From Sphyrna mokarran (Eukaryota), in contig JAGIQG010000004.1 of the NCBI GenBank assembly GCA_024679065.1, positions 62,496,001-62,560,000 of the forward strand: a DNA stretch of 64,000 nucleotides, written 5' to 3'. Shown here one piece after another: positions 1 through 13,045 of the stretch. The position numbers and the translations under genes were made by a program. The notes beneath the pieces were generated by a model. The model worked only from the letters and a program-made list of their open reading frames with translations. It made no database searches and was not told where the DNA came from. Numbering within the stretch: position 1 is the stretch's first letter; every line of letters begins with the position of its first letter.

Positions 1-260
1 CACTATCGACACATTCCTTCCTTTCCTCCACCTCTCTGTCTCTATTTCCCATGATGAACAGACAACCAATATTCGCTAAAACCCACCGACTCCCACAGAT
101 TGTTTGACTACAGATTCTTTCACCTTGATTCTTGTAAGTCTTTCTTATTCTCCCAATTCCTCTGCATCTATCATATCTGTTCCGATTATGCCAAATGTTC
201 AAAAATGACGATTTTGTGATGCCTGCTTTTTTTCATTAACCGAGGTTCACCATGCATATT
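1..260 (+). mobile_element. Penelope-like element RT C-terminal remnant
   Basis: Degenerate KPTDSH..LDY...H..SCK....SQFL...IC motif, typical of Penelope RT. Confidence 0.6.
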
Positions 261-759
261 GCACCCTTGTTGCTGACAAAACAAAGATCAGTACAGCACA
301 AAAACAAACCTTCGACTCACCAAATCTGTGCCGACACAGTTTCCTCCCTAATCTCGTATTGTCTTACCTCTACGCGTTCCATATCCCTCTATTTCCTGCC
401 TATTCGTGTGTCTATCCAGATGCCTCTTGAATGTTGTATAGAACTTGCTTCCACTAACTCTCCTGACAGCATGTTCCAGGCGTTCGTCACCCTCTTTGTG
501 AAAAACTCGTCCCTTATATATTTTTCTTCCTCTCACAGTCAACCTATGACCCTTCTATTCTGGGAAGAAAACTTTGATGATCCATTCTTTCCAAACCTGT
601 CACAGTCTTGAAAATCTCTATCTGTAACCAACCCCGCTCCCCCACGACCTTCATCATCCGATGCTCCAATGAAAACAATCCATACGCCTTGTTAAGTACC
701 TTGTCCACTAGACGTGCCAACTACAGGGAACTGTGGACCTGCATGGAATCACATCAAAT

Positions 760-1570
760 ACGATTTGTCTGGATTAAATTTCACCTGCCATATTTTGGCC
801 CAGTTCTCTAGGTGATTTATATACTGTTATATTCTCTGACAATCCTCTAACCTATTGGCTACTCTATTTTTATATCACCTGCAAATTTACTAAACAGGCC
901 ACCCACATTTACCTCTAAAACTTTTATGTGTATTACATCAAAAAAGGCCTCAGCACTGATCCTTGTGGAACATGGCTTGTCACAGACTTCCAGCAGAAAA
1001 AAATACCTTCTACTGCTACCATTTGCTTTCTATGCCAAGCCAGTTTTGTATCTATCTTACCCACTCACCTCGGATCCCATATGACTTCATCTTCTGTATT
1101 AGCCTGCCATGAGGAACCTTATTGAAGGTTTTACTGAAATCCATGTATGCAACATCAACTGCCCTGCCCTTCATTCTCTGTCACTTCCTCAAAAAACTCA
1201 TTCAAGATTGTGAGACATGACCTCCCCTTCACAAAACCATGATTCCTACCTTTATAAGCCCATTCTGTTCCAGATCTGATGCATCCTGCCCTGAAGAGCC
1301 TTCTCCAAAAATTTCCTCACTACTGTCATAAGGCTCACAGGCCTTTAAATTCCCTGACTTTCTCTTTTGCAATTTTTAAACAGAGGAACATTGTTAGCTA
1401 TACTCAAACCCTCTGGTATCTCGTCCGTGGTTAAAAAACATACAAAAATTTTGGACCAAGCCCTCAGCAATTCTCCCCCTGCCTCCCTCAGTATTCTGGG
1501 ATAGCCACCATCTGGCCCTGAGAAGTTGTACACCTTAATGTTTTTCAAAACCTCCAATACCCCATTCTTT
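760..1570 (-). mobile_element. Old CR1 ORF2 (RT) remnant
   Basis: Reverse strand reads degenerate GPDG.YPRILREA, VPLFK, VPQGSVL and KFA motifs, with many stops. Confidence 0.75.
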
Positions 1571-1729
1571 TGTATCTCTATTGATAGAGCATTCAACCAT
1601 GTTCGATCCTTTGCCCCATATTTACCCTCACCTTTCCCCTTCCCTTGCCTCCGAGAGCTCTGATCGGGTCTCCTTGTCCTCACCGTATCAGCCCAGCAGA
1701 TTTTAATCTCTCAATTAGTTATGTTACAG

Positions 1730-2610
1730 TTCTCAACATTAGTTTAGGGAAATTCAGATTGTGATCTGTCTCCTCTATCGTGTATCCCTTTTTTATACCT
1801 CTGTTATATGTCTCAAAGCAAATGCTCCCTTCTACTCCCCCTCCAGTGGCTCAAGAGCCATTAGTCTCTTGTTCTTAGCTTTTCTATATTTTTGTTGTAA
1901 TCTATTCCAGATGCATTATAATAATGCATTATTCCCATTTCTTGTTCACCAACTCAAGCAAAATCCAACCAGAAAACACATCTTCCTCTCATCCGCCAGC
2001 TCCAATTCCTACCATGTCACCCCTAACTCTGAAAGCATTTTGTAGTATGCATTTTTTATTGTGAAACCTGTTCCACTCCTCCTTCGCGTCCAAATCTTTA
2101 TTCACTTATTTTGGCATCTCACAGAAGGTTCAACACGTACGCTTTTTATTTCCTGCCTCCTCTCCATTCAAGCCCCAAACATATTTTTTTAAGTTAAGCG
2201 TTCAATTTTGTGTGCTTTCTTCGCTGCTCCCAATACAGTCCCCTCTACATTGGGCGACTAAATTCAGACAGTGTGACTGCTTTGTGAAACATCTTCACTC
2301 AGTGCACAAGCAGAAACCCGGCCGAATCTAATCTTTCCAAAATCATGTTACGGCCTGAACATTAATTTAAACAACTTCTGATTGTGATTTTTCTCCTCGA
2401 TTGTGAATCTCTTTTTTATATCCCTGTCACGTTTTGTCTCAATGGAAACGCCCTTTTCCAAATCCCGCCCACTCTTCGACATTGAGCCATCAGTCTCTCG
2501 TTCTTAGCTTTGCTACATTTCTGTTGCAATCTGTTCCAGATTAATTATAAAATCAAACACACATTCCTTCTCTTTAGTTCCGAATCAGAATCAAACCAAC
2601 TTTGAACATT
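1730..2610 (+). repeat. Penelope-type remnant with diverged direct repeats (~1730-1980 and ~2350-2610) around a GIY-YIG-like fragment
   Basis: gagccattagtctcttgttcttagctttt..aatctattccagat recurs as gagccatcagtctctcgttcttagctttg..aatctgttccagat. Between them lies a LYIG....F.(E/K)HL.SV-like remnant. Confidence 0.5.
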
Positions 2611-3605
2611 AACTCTGTTTGCTTTTCCTCCAGAGGCTAGCAGACTTGCTTAACTTTCGCTGTTTTGATTTGGATCCCAGCATCCGCACCATTTTATTTG
2701 TCTTTGAACGTATCGTAAGGGGGTCCGAACTGCAGAGAGTGTTGTCTTGCAGAGAGGCAATGCGAAAGGCTGACATATGCATACTCATGGAAACGAAGCT
2801 TACTGATGAAATTCCAAACGTTAACATCATCATATTGATTAACCAACAGGACAGCCTCTGCAGACGTCGCAGCACAGTGATATGAAGGTGGGCGAGAGGG
2901 GAAAGGGGGGGGGGGGGCGGGGAGCGTTATGTTAAGAAGTCCTCACCAATCGGCATTATACGCTAAGCGATCTCACGGATTCAGGTAGAAAATTGACCAC
3001 AAAACCTCTGACCTATTACCATGTGCTGCAACACCTTCACCAACTCAATCTAACTTCCACTATACCACCTCGTCTGATGAATTAGTACTCTACTATGTTA
3101 ATACCTTTTATCAAGAGGACTAATGTTGACTAGGGCACTGAACCTAATCTGGTGGAGGATTTCAATGTTCGTCACGAACAGTGTCTCTATAGCAGTGTCG
3201 CAGCCCAAGCTGTTTCAGTCAGTCTGCAGCTATTGTTGACGTAGCTAAAAAAACGAAAACATACTTGATTCCATCCTCACCAACCTGTCTGTTGCACGTG
3301 CATTTGTCAAAAATATTTGTGGGTATGATAACGAAATGATACTTGTATCTACGAAGTCCAGTCCTCACACTGAAGCCATCCTCTGTCGTGTTGTTTGATA
3401 TGATTACCATGGTTAATGGCCGACGTTTTAAACTCAAGCTGGCGCATTCATGTGCGCCATTCGCAACAACAGAATTGTACTCAACCAGAATCTGCAATCT
3501 TATGGCTAACATAACGCCCACTCTATCATTGTTACCAAGCTAAGAGATCATCATGATTCGACGAAGCGAGCAAGAGGCATGCCATTAACAACAAGTATAT
3601 GGTGT

Positions 3606-4234
3606 TGTTATCGGATAACAAATTTTATGAAATTGGGCACACAATATGAAAGCAGGCTAAAACCACACTCAGAACCCCTCCATCAAAAATCACAAAATCA
3701 CAGACGCAGGCTAGCAGATAAGAGCACGCTTTTGGAATGCAAATGAGGGCTAGCACACAGGGGAAGCTGGTCGCAAAGGCACCCCCAGGGGCTAAATTAA
3801 AAAGTACACCTCCCCACCCCACTAAATCAGCACCTTCATTTTAGTATAGCTAAAGAAGAATCCCTGGCCTCTCAAACTTCCTGCGAATAATTGTACACCT
3901 ATTGTTCAAGCCCCGGAGATTCCAGACCGTTGATAACCAATCAGACAAAAACGATTAACACACACTTAAAACAATTACTCACACACTTGAAAACATCAAG
4001 ACAGGATAGTCAAAATCAAATACTCTAAATAAAGCATTAACATTTGGATCGCATACTACACCGAAGTTTGGGTATAAATGTAGCCCGTTTTGGCGGGTCT
4101 TTCGTGTGCTTTGGGGACAGTTCGATTGTATGTCCTGACTACACCTTCGTCGACGTAAAAGAAAATAAAGCTGTATTGTTATTGAACTACATCCTGGGTC
4201 CGTATTGGTTGTTTCACCCACTCGCGCTAATAAC
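3606..4234 (+). repeat. ERV 5' LTR
   Basis: Starts tgttat and ends ataac (inverted termini). TATAAA at ~4074, AATAAA at ~4164, directly followed by the PBS. Confidence 0.7.
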
Positions 4235-4252
4235 TGGGGGCTGGTTCGGGAT
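4235..4252 (+). promoter_or_regulatory. Primer binding site, tRNA-Pro
   Basis: TGGGGGCTGGTTCGGGAT matches the canonical PBS-Pro TGGGGGCTCGTCCGGGAT at 16/18. A candidate major splice donor gg|gtgagt lies at ~4289. Confidence 0.88.
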
Positions 4253-5299
4253 CGCGACCGTCGCTGGAACTCTGTCTCCTGGCACTGGGTGAGTATCTTT
4301 ACTCATGTCATCAAATCCGAGGAATACTAGTGTCCCAATGTCAGAGCGGTGTTTCACGGCTGCAGTGATCTGAACTTGTGAACAGGATCCGATCAATCGC
4401 TGTACAGCGGCAATGTGGATTTAAGTTTCTTTTTGGGCGGGCGACTGGGATCGCGAACTGTGATTCATTGTGTTATTTTTACATTCTGCTGACCCCCCAC
4501 AAGCCCGACAATAGATTGACTGTCCACTGAGGGACCCAACAGAACAAAGTTTGAAGGTACGGGGCAGGGACATTGCCTTCGGATACAAGGTTAAAAGGTA
4601 CAGAAGTTAAAAGGCAGATGGCAGGGACATTACCCTGAGTTTCAAGATTAAAAGTTATACGGCAGGGACAGCACCCTGGGAATCAAGGTTAAAGAGGGCG
4701 TCCAAGGTTTCGGGCCGCTGAGGTCGGGCTCTCGGAGTTCGGCACAAGTCCGTGCGCCAGAAGTCGGTAAGGACTTCTGCAAGTGCAAAAAATCTGTCCA
4801 CGGGGGACAAAATCCACGAGGCGTTCGCTACATGTCCGGGCGCTACTAAGTCTGGAGCCTCTATGAGTGCCTCAACCACTACCAGCAGGAGACCTCTGAT
4901 AGCGTGAGAAGACAACTACACATTGGGGGACTCCAACCCACAGTCGGCTACATGCCAGTCTGCATCCAGGCCAGGGAGACTCCCAAGGAGATAGGGAAAC
5001 GGTTGACCTCTGAGAGTCAATTTAGCGATAGTTTGGGTAGGAGCTAGTTACCCCGGTCACTGCTGTCGGTAGTCTCTCCGTATGTTGCGGCCCCTGCAGA
5101 GAGGCTGTACAGAGCTCATCTGCCTCTGAGAGCGATAATCTTCCCGATACATGCAGGTCGGGTCTGCGGGTTGCTACTGAAGTTACAAACATACCGACAG
5201 TGGAACACAAGACCTTAACCTAATCAGAGATACACACACGATACCTCTGAAAGTATTAGAGCCAGGGTTCGTACGCTGCTGACCCTAGCAAGGGAAACT

Positions 5300-6720
5300 A
5301 ACATGGATAGCAATAGTGCCACCTCTGAGCGGGGACCAGAAGGGTCCCTCAACCGCTTTCTAGCGGACAAAACAAGGACCTAATTAAAAGTATGATGAAG
5401 GCAAAGTATAAGCCCCACGACCCGCTTGAAACACAGCGGGAGTGAGAAGGAAAGGAGCATGGATAACAAAGCTTGGATCCTAATATTAACGGATCATGTC
5501 ACCCTTGCAGAACGAGTTCACAAGAATGTACAAGGAAAGCAGGAGCAAGCTGCACAGCGGCAACACGCCACTGTGATGGCCACTAACCCTGTGCTGCCAG
5601 CACTGTCTGACTTCTCACCTGAACCTCCCAGTGAGGACTGTCCCGACTGGGAATGTTTAGTGAATGAAACGGGTCCACTATGCCCGACAGGGGAGAGCAT
5701 TCCATCTACCACCGACCCTTCATTCCAGAGCGTTATGGCAGCCCCGTTAAATTTGAGTGTGTCTCCGGGAGGTAAGGGGGAGACGGGCGAGGGCGATCTG
5801 CCCAGGCTCAGGTAAAGATAACTTCTGTATCCCTTACCCTGGGGGACACAATGAAACTGCTGGACAAATCCTGACCCTCCAGCCCAGACACAGTAACGCG
5901 ATCTTCTAGCAAAAACTTAAGGAGATGCAAATGTGTTACAATCTGCACGATCAGGATAAAGCAGGTATCCTGAGAGCCATAAGGCCGGAGAATTATTGGG
6001 CCCGGCTTCAGGCAGAACACCAGAACATGATACGGTGCGCTAACCTGAACGAGAGTCGCGGAGCGCAAGACCAAGCTCTGGCGGATTTTAAAGATGATAT
6101 TACCCAAACCTTGGGGAGAGTCCCGGTGAGTTCAAATGCAGTGCAGGGGAAGGAAGATGAAGCCCAGGAATATGAGCGACGGAAATTTGACGCCTTTGTG
6201 GCCCATGGGGGGATGCCCGATGCCGACAGACAGAATCCCACATTCCTCCAGCTATATAAGGACGGGCTGAGCCCAGCGCACCAAGCAATCTTAAAAAAAC
6301 AGGCTGGTAAACTTTAACACTTTCGATGAGTTAGAGAACTGGGCTATTACTGTAGACAGCTAACAGAGAAAGATCCAAAGCGCCAGGGCAGCGGTATCTT
6401 CTCTGGGAACTGACAGAGGGGGCTGCTACAGGTGTGGGAAACCTGGTCGTTATAAAAAGGACGGCCGAGTCCAGGCGCCCCAATCCTCCCACAAATGCCG
6501 CAAATGCGGCAGGATTAGACACAACGAATTAGTCTGCCTAGCAGGAAGTTCGCAAGGAAAGAGAGGCAGCCACCTCCCCCCCCCCACCCCCGACACAACC
6601 CAACCCCCAGCAGAGCCCCTGACTTAAAGGAGAATGAAGTCACCTCCGATACTGCGCACATCAGCCAACAGCAGCTGCTGGATGTTATACAGACTTTGAC
6701 GGCACAAAAGACCTGAATTG
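5300..6720 (+). pseudogene. gag: ERV gag (disrupted)
   Basis: ORF pieces 5426-5815 and 5925-6317 (MHR-like QGKEDEAQEYERR), plus knuckle CYRCGKPG(R)YKKD(G). Confidence 0.75.
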
Positions 6721-9700
6721 CGTCGGCGCCCACCCCGGGAGTCGACCACTGTATCTGGGTTAACGCATTGTTAGGGGGCCGGTGATGCAAAATATTAATA
6801 GATAGTGGTCCGTGATATCCCTCACCAACATGGCTTTTCCTTCAACCCATCATTCCATCATAGTACTGCGGGTAGAGGGAAATAGGACTACAGCTTATCA
6901 GAGCGAGGCAGTCCTACTTGAGATCGAGGACATTTTACTCCCAGTACATTCCTGGGTATGCCCGAACTAAGAGGGAACGATCTTGGGGATAGACCCCCTG
7001 GGGGGGTTAGGGGTGGTGGTGGACGCTTTTAACAAGCGCCTGCTGTGGACCGCGAGGAAGGAACACAAAAGTGGGATTCAGGGATACTGGGTCCCCAATA
7101 AAAATGTAAAGGTTCGCCTTTACCTAACGGAAGGAAACAGTGCACATGGACACGCCTCCCCCAAAAGTTCCACAACAGCCCCAACATTTTCCACCAAGTT
7201 ATGAGTGAGGCCTTCGAGGAATGCGATCTGTCCCCATATGGAAGTACCTTCCTCCAATACGTGGACGGCATCCTTATCAACTCCACCAACCTCAGGGGAC
7301 ATATAGGAGCCCTGTTCACAATCCTATGGGCCTTGCAGGTTGCGGGGTTTAAAATCAACCCAACCAAAGCACAGATTGCATAACCTGAGGTCTGGTATTT
7401 AGGGCATAAGTCAGGGAAAGAAAGCCCTCCTCTCCGATCGGAAGACCGCAGTTGTAAATATGCCCCGTCCAATCATAGTCCAAGGGGTGCGCAGAGTTAT
7501 GGGACTCTTTAACTACTGCCAGAATTTCATTGACCAATTCGCATCCCTGGCCGAATTCAGCGGCTGGTCAAAGGGGGGAAAGCCAGGAACAATCGAGTGG
7601 AGACCCGAGCAGGAGGTAGCACACACCTGTCTAAAATCAAAGTTATTAGCAGCCCCAGCCCTATGCCTACCCACGATAATTAAACCCTTCCACCTCTTTT
7701 ATGACTCAGAAGAAGGATTTTATAGCTCCGTGGTAACCCAAGAATATGGGGGCACCATGCAGCCGGTGGTACATTACTCTACTCGGCGGTCCCCGATAGC
7801 CAAGAGACTGCACAAATGTGTGGCGGCGCTAGATTGCGCCGCCTGGGCAGTCAGGGGATGCGAACCAATCACTATGTCAGGACAAATCATTCTACATATA
7901 AAACGCACTATTGTCGAGCTCCTGAATACCGACCGGCACCGGACTGTGTCGGACCCCCGGCGGGCCAATTTGGAAGCGGTTACTCCTCCCCCGGGACAGT
8001 CAGTCCAGAAAGCGTGGGATACCGGGAAAAACCCCGCAAAGGGGCTCCTATCAGCGGGAAGTCCGCACTGCTGCTGGATTAACCCAGACACTGAAACAGA
8101 GGAAGGGGTTAATGACCAACCCCTAAATAATCCAGGCATCACACTGTATGTAGACGGGTCCCGAAGATAAGGAGAGAGACAATACTGTACAAGCTGGGTA
8201 ATAGTAGATCAAGAGGGGACACGGATGGTAAAATGTATCATGAGTGGCGAAACCTCCGCCCAAGTGGCCGAACTCATAGCCCTCACAGAAGCCTTAAAGA
8301 TGGGAAGGGAAAAGCGAGCAAATGTGTATCTTGATAGCCAAATGCGTTTGGGGTGGTCCACGATTACATGATGGCCTGGAAAAGGTTTATCACCACAGGG
8401 GAGGGTCGCCTAAAGCATGAAAACATAATTCGAGATCTGGTAGCTGCAGCCAGGCTGCCTTTAGAAGCAGCCGTAATTAAGATAAAAGCCCACCAGCGGG
8501 TAAAGACAACAGAACAGAAGGGAAACCAATTAGCAGACGCTGCAGGCAAGGGTGCAGCGGGGGAAGCCCACCCGCACATAGCCGCTACCACAACAGCACC
8601 CTCTGAGGAAGTGGATATTTATAAGCTGCAGGGTAATGCAAGCCTAGATGAGGTGACACAGTGGGAACAGGCAGGGGCATCCAGGGACAAAGACTGAGTG
8701 TAGAGCAAAGGGCACCAAGTAGCTGCCCCCTCGTTTATATGCACTGACCTCCTCTGGCTCCACCACGAGCTGGACCACTTCAGCCGGGATGGGACTCTGG
8801 CCCGACTGTCAGCCGATTGATGGTGGCCAGGGATGGGAAGGGATGTAGCCGAACACTGCCAGCGCTGTATCATATGCGTCCAGCACAACCCCGGCCGATC
8901 CCTGAGAATCAAACTGGCTCACCAACCTCCACCAAAGGGACCCGGGGAAAAGCTCCAAGTCGACTTCATAGGCCCTCTGCCCACTAGCCGAGGGAAGAAA
9001 TATTGTTTAGCCTTAACTGATCAATTCACCCGCTGGGTAGAAGCATTCCCAACTGCGGATTGCGAAGCCGCCACTATAGCCTGCATTTCAGCGTACGAGA
9101 TCATCCCGAGGTGGGTAGTGCCACTACAACTGGACTCCGACCAAGGGACAAACTTCACAGGCAAGATAATGAAACAGACTTGTAAAACCCTGGGAATTCG
9201 ACAGCGATTCCATATCCTGTACCACCTTCAGAGCTTTGGGATGGTCGAGCGAATGAACCGCACACTTAAAAATGCGATCGCCGAGACAGGTCAGGGGTGG
9301 GTAGACGTCCTACCCTGTATTTTAATGCGCCTACGAGCCATCGCAGGCCGCACCATAGGACTCACACCATTTGAATTAATGACGGGGATGGCAATGAGAC
9401 TCCCAGAAAACATAGCAGGAAGAGGAGAAGAATTGGCACCCCTTCGAGATAAGTTGAGGAGATATGTTCAAGAGTTAGACCATCAACTCAGAGAGCTATA
9501 CCACGCAACCAGAGACCAACAGGCTATAAGAAACCAGGATAAGAAACATGATATCTGTCACACCACTACACTTCCCTGAGTAATGGATAACGTTTTAATC
9601 CGAATGGCTCCCGACAAACAGGGTTCTCTCTGAAATGGATAGGATGCCATGAGATTATCCTCACTAGCAACACGTGCCTGTGTCGATATCAAAGTGAAAG

Positions 9701-9740
9701 TCCGCTGGAAACACTAGTCACAGTTAAAGGCATATCACCC
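6720..9740 (+). pseudogene. pol: ERV pro-pol (disrupted; RT N-terminal part deleted)
   Basis: ORFs 7201-7383, 7460-8170, 8353-8697 and 8833-9579 carry RT, tether, RNase H and integrase motifs. Only ~95 codons separate protease DSG from the RT YW..FAFT block. Confidence 0.9.
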
Positions 9741-9950
9741 CGGGGGGAGGGGGAGGGGTGGTGGGAGGGTAGAGACAGGACAGACCGACTGCATGGACGA
9801 GAATAGACCGTCGACATAAATGGGCCACGTATGGACCCCTAATTAACTATCTCTATCCACACAGCGGAAATCGAATTAACCATCTTCATTTCTAGGACGG
9901 AGGGGGACGACATGTCAGCCATGGGTCTAATATATGTATATATGTATATA

Positions 9951-12900
9951 CAAAGAACAAAGAACAAAACGGCACGGGAAAGAGGCCCTTCGGCCCAACG
10001 AGCCCGCGCCGCCACCCCGATGCTCCCACTTCCACCCGCGATCCCTGTCCATGTTTATAGATATATGGATCAAAATGCAAATTTGAGACAATTTAGGGAG
10101 AATTTGTTTTGCCAATTAGCCTAAGAGCACATCTTTGGGATGTGCGATGAAACCGTAGCACCCGGAGAAAACCCACGCAAGCACGGGGAAAATGCACAAA
10201 CTCCTACAGACGCAGGCCCAAATCCATGTGTCTGCACAGCACAGCGATAGTCACTGAGCTGTCGTGTTGCCCATCAAATGGTCCAGGTCAAGGGTACACT
10301 AACGACGTGAAGCACTAGGATACTCTCGAAAAAAAATCCAAGAGCAGCCCTCTCACGACCCACCGCGTATATGCCCCTCATTAGACAACAAGGTGGACCA
10401 AAGCACCTGTAGGATAAAAACAAGTACATCAATATTATCATCTATTTACACATTTCCTAGGAACTCCCAAGGCTCATGATCCCTATTTTAAATCAGTTTT
10501 CTATACCCCTCCATTCCCATTCTGTTCATGTGCCCATCTAAGTATTTCTTGAATAACTCCAGAGTACCTGTCTCCACCACTTTACTTGGCAGCGCATTCT
10601 ATACCCATATCACCCTCTGTGTGAAAAAACTCTCTCTAGCATCCAAATTATACATTACCCCCCTCACCCTAAGCCCGTGACCCTTCGTGCTATTCGAGTC
10701 CATCCTAGGAAAAAGCTTAAGCCTGTTTACTTTATCTATACCCCTCATAATCTTGTACACCTCTATTAGATCTCCTCTAAGTCTATGTCTTAGTAAGGAA
10801 AACAGTCCCAATTTGCCTAACCTCTCCTCGTAACTCAGACCTTCCATACCAGGTAGCATCCTGGTAAACCTTCCCTGCACTCTCTCCAGAGTCTCCACAT
10901 CCTTCTGGTAGTAGGGAGACCAGAACTGGATGCAGTATAGAACATAGAACATAGAACAATACAGCACAGAACAGGCCCCTCGGCCCCCGATGTTGCGCCG
11001 ACCAAAATAAAAAGCAATGCCCCTCCTAACTAAACCATTCCCTTCTCATCCATATACTCATCAACCAACCTCTTAAACGCCACCAAACTTGGCGCATCCA
11101 CAACAGCTGCAGGCAGGGCATTCCACTCCCTAATCACTCTTTGAGTAAAGAACCTACCTCTGATATCCGTCCTATAACTCATACCCCTTAATTTAAAGTT
11201 GTGTCCCCTCGTGCTAGCTTTCTCCATCCTAGGAAAAAGGCTATCACTGTCCACCCTATCTAAACCTCTAATCATCTTATATGCTTCAATAAGATCCCCT
11301 CTTAGCCGCCTCCTTTCTAACGAAAACAACCTCAAATCCTTCAACCTCTCTTCATAGGACCTGCCCTCCATACCAGGCAACATCCTGGTAAACCTCCTCT
11401 GTACCCTCTCCAATGCCTCCACATCTTTCTTATAATGTGGCGACCAGAACTGCACACAATACTCCAAGTGCGGCCGCACTAGAGTTTTGTACAGCTGCAA
11501 CATGATGCTGCGGCTCCTAAATTCAATCCCCCTACCAATAAAAGCTAAGACTCCATATGCCTTCTTAACAACTTTATCCACTTGACTGCCTACTTTCAGG
11601 GATCTATTGACACATACACCAAGATCCTTCTGTTCCTCAACACTATTAAGAGCCCTACCATTAGCCCTATACTCTACACATTTATTGTTCCTGCCAAAGT
11701 GCATTCCAAATGTATTCCAAGTGTATTCCAAATGAGGTCTAACCAACGTTTTATACAACTGCAAAATTAAAGGCCAGCACTTGTACTCTGTACCCCTTCC
11801 TATAAAAGCTAACATACTATATGCTTTCTTCACAACCTTCTCCACATGCTCTGTCACCTTCAGAGACTTGTTCACCTGCACCCTCAGACCCCTCTGCATT
11901 TCTATACTCTTAATAGCTCTATCCTTTATCATATACTCCCCCCAAAATTCTTTCTCCCGAAATGCATCATCTCACATTTATCAGGATTGAATTCCATCTG
12001 CCATCTGTCTGCCCAAGCTACCAGCCTATCTATGTCCTGCTGCATCACCTGATAATGCTCCTCACTATCTGCAAGTCCAGCCATCTTTGTATCGTCTGCA
12101 AACTTGCTGATCACTCCCTCGTCCAATTCATTGATATATATTACAAATAGAAAGGGTCCCAGTACCGAGCTCTGCGGCACACCACTAGTGACCGACCTCC
12201 AGCTAGAGAAACACCCTTCCACTATTACTCTCTGTCTCCTATTACCAAGCCAGTTACTTATTCATCTAGCTACCTGTCTTTGTATCCCATTAGCCTTGAC
12301 CTTCTCAAATAACCTCCCATGAGGGACTTTGTCAAAGCCTTACTAAAATCCATATAGACAACATTAACGGCTTGCCCTTCGTCCACCGTTTTCGTCACCT
12401 CCTCAAAAAATCCTACCAGATTCGTAAGGCACGACCTCCCCTTAACAAATCCATGCTGCGTATCACTAATCAGATCGCAACACTCTAAGTGCCTATATAT
12501 CCTATCTCTAAGAATCCCCTCCACCAGCTACCCTACCTGTGATGTCAAACTCACTGGCCTATAATTCCCAGAGATATCCCTACTACGCTTTTTAAACAAC
12601 GGTACTACATTATCTATTCTCCAGTTCTCTCGACCTCACTTGTGTCCAAGGAAGAGACAAAGATTTGCGTCGGAGGGCCAGCAATTTCACCTCGCACCTC
12701 CCTAAGCAGCCTGCGATAAATAGCATCAAACCCCGGAGATTTATCACTTTTAATGCTCTAACACTTTCTCCCTCAGTATGGATATTTCCCTCAACTGGTC
12801 CACAGCTCCCTCAGAGACAGGAGCTGTCAACAAGTCCCTCTCCTTAGTGAATGTCGACGCAAAGTATTCATTCAGGATCTCCGCCATTCCCTCGGGCTCT

Positions 12901-13045
12901 GAGCACAGTTCCCCTCCTCTGTCCCTAAGAGGCCCGATTTTTCCTCTAACTACCCTTTTATTCCCAACATAGGGGTAAAAAGCCTTTGGATTTCCCTTAA
13001 TCCTATCCGCCAAAATCATTTCTTGCCCCCTTTTTGCCCTACTCA
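9951..13045 (-). mobile_element. CR1-B LINE, 5'-truncated, long 3'UTR, interrupted by a CR1-A copy
   Basis: RT fragments ([28 protein letters not shown]), ORF2 end near 10495, and a 3'UTR with V-SINE core and (gttcttt)n tail. Confidence 0.92.
10938..11705 (-). mobile_element. CR1-A LINE 3' fragment nested in CR1-B
   Basis: Near-identical to 22180-22945, with a (gttctat)n tail. Host sequence gcagtat|tccaaatgagg resumes after it. Confidence 0.95.

Larger units (their letters stand above)
3606..9950 (+). mobile_element. Defective endogenous retrovirus (5' LTR, gag, pro, pol; env and 3' LTR lost)
   Basis: LTR, PBS-Pro, degenerate CCHC knuckle (~6425-6470), protease ILIDSG (~6790-6810), RT WTRLPQ.FHNSP and QYVDG, tether domain, RNase H YVDGS, integrase HHCC and D,D(35)E. 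Many stops and frameshifts. Confidence 0.93.

Noticed and set aside
11846-12322. Recurrent antisense ORFs (MHHLTFIRIEFHLP.., MLCHLQRLVHLH..) in several places
   Set aside because: They are shadow frames of CR1 RT, repeated only because the element is repeated.
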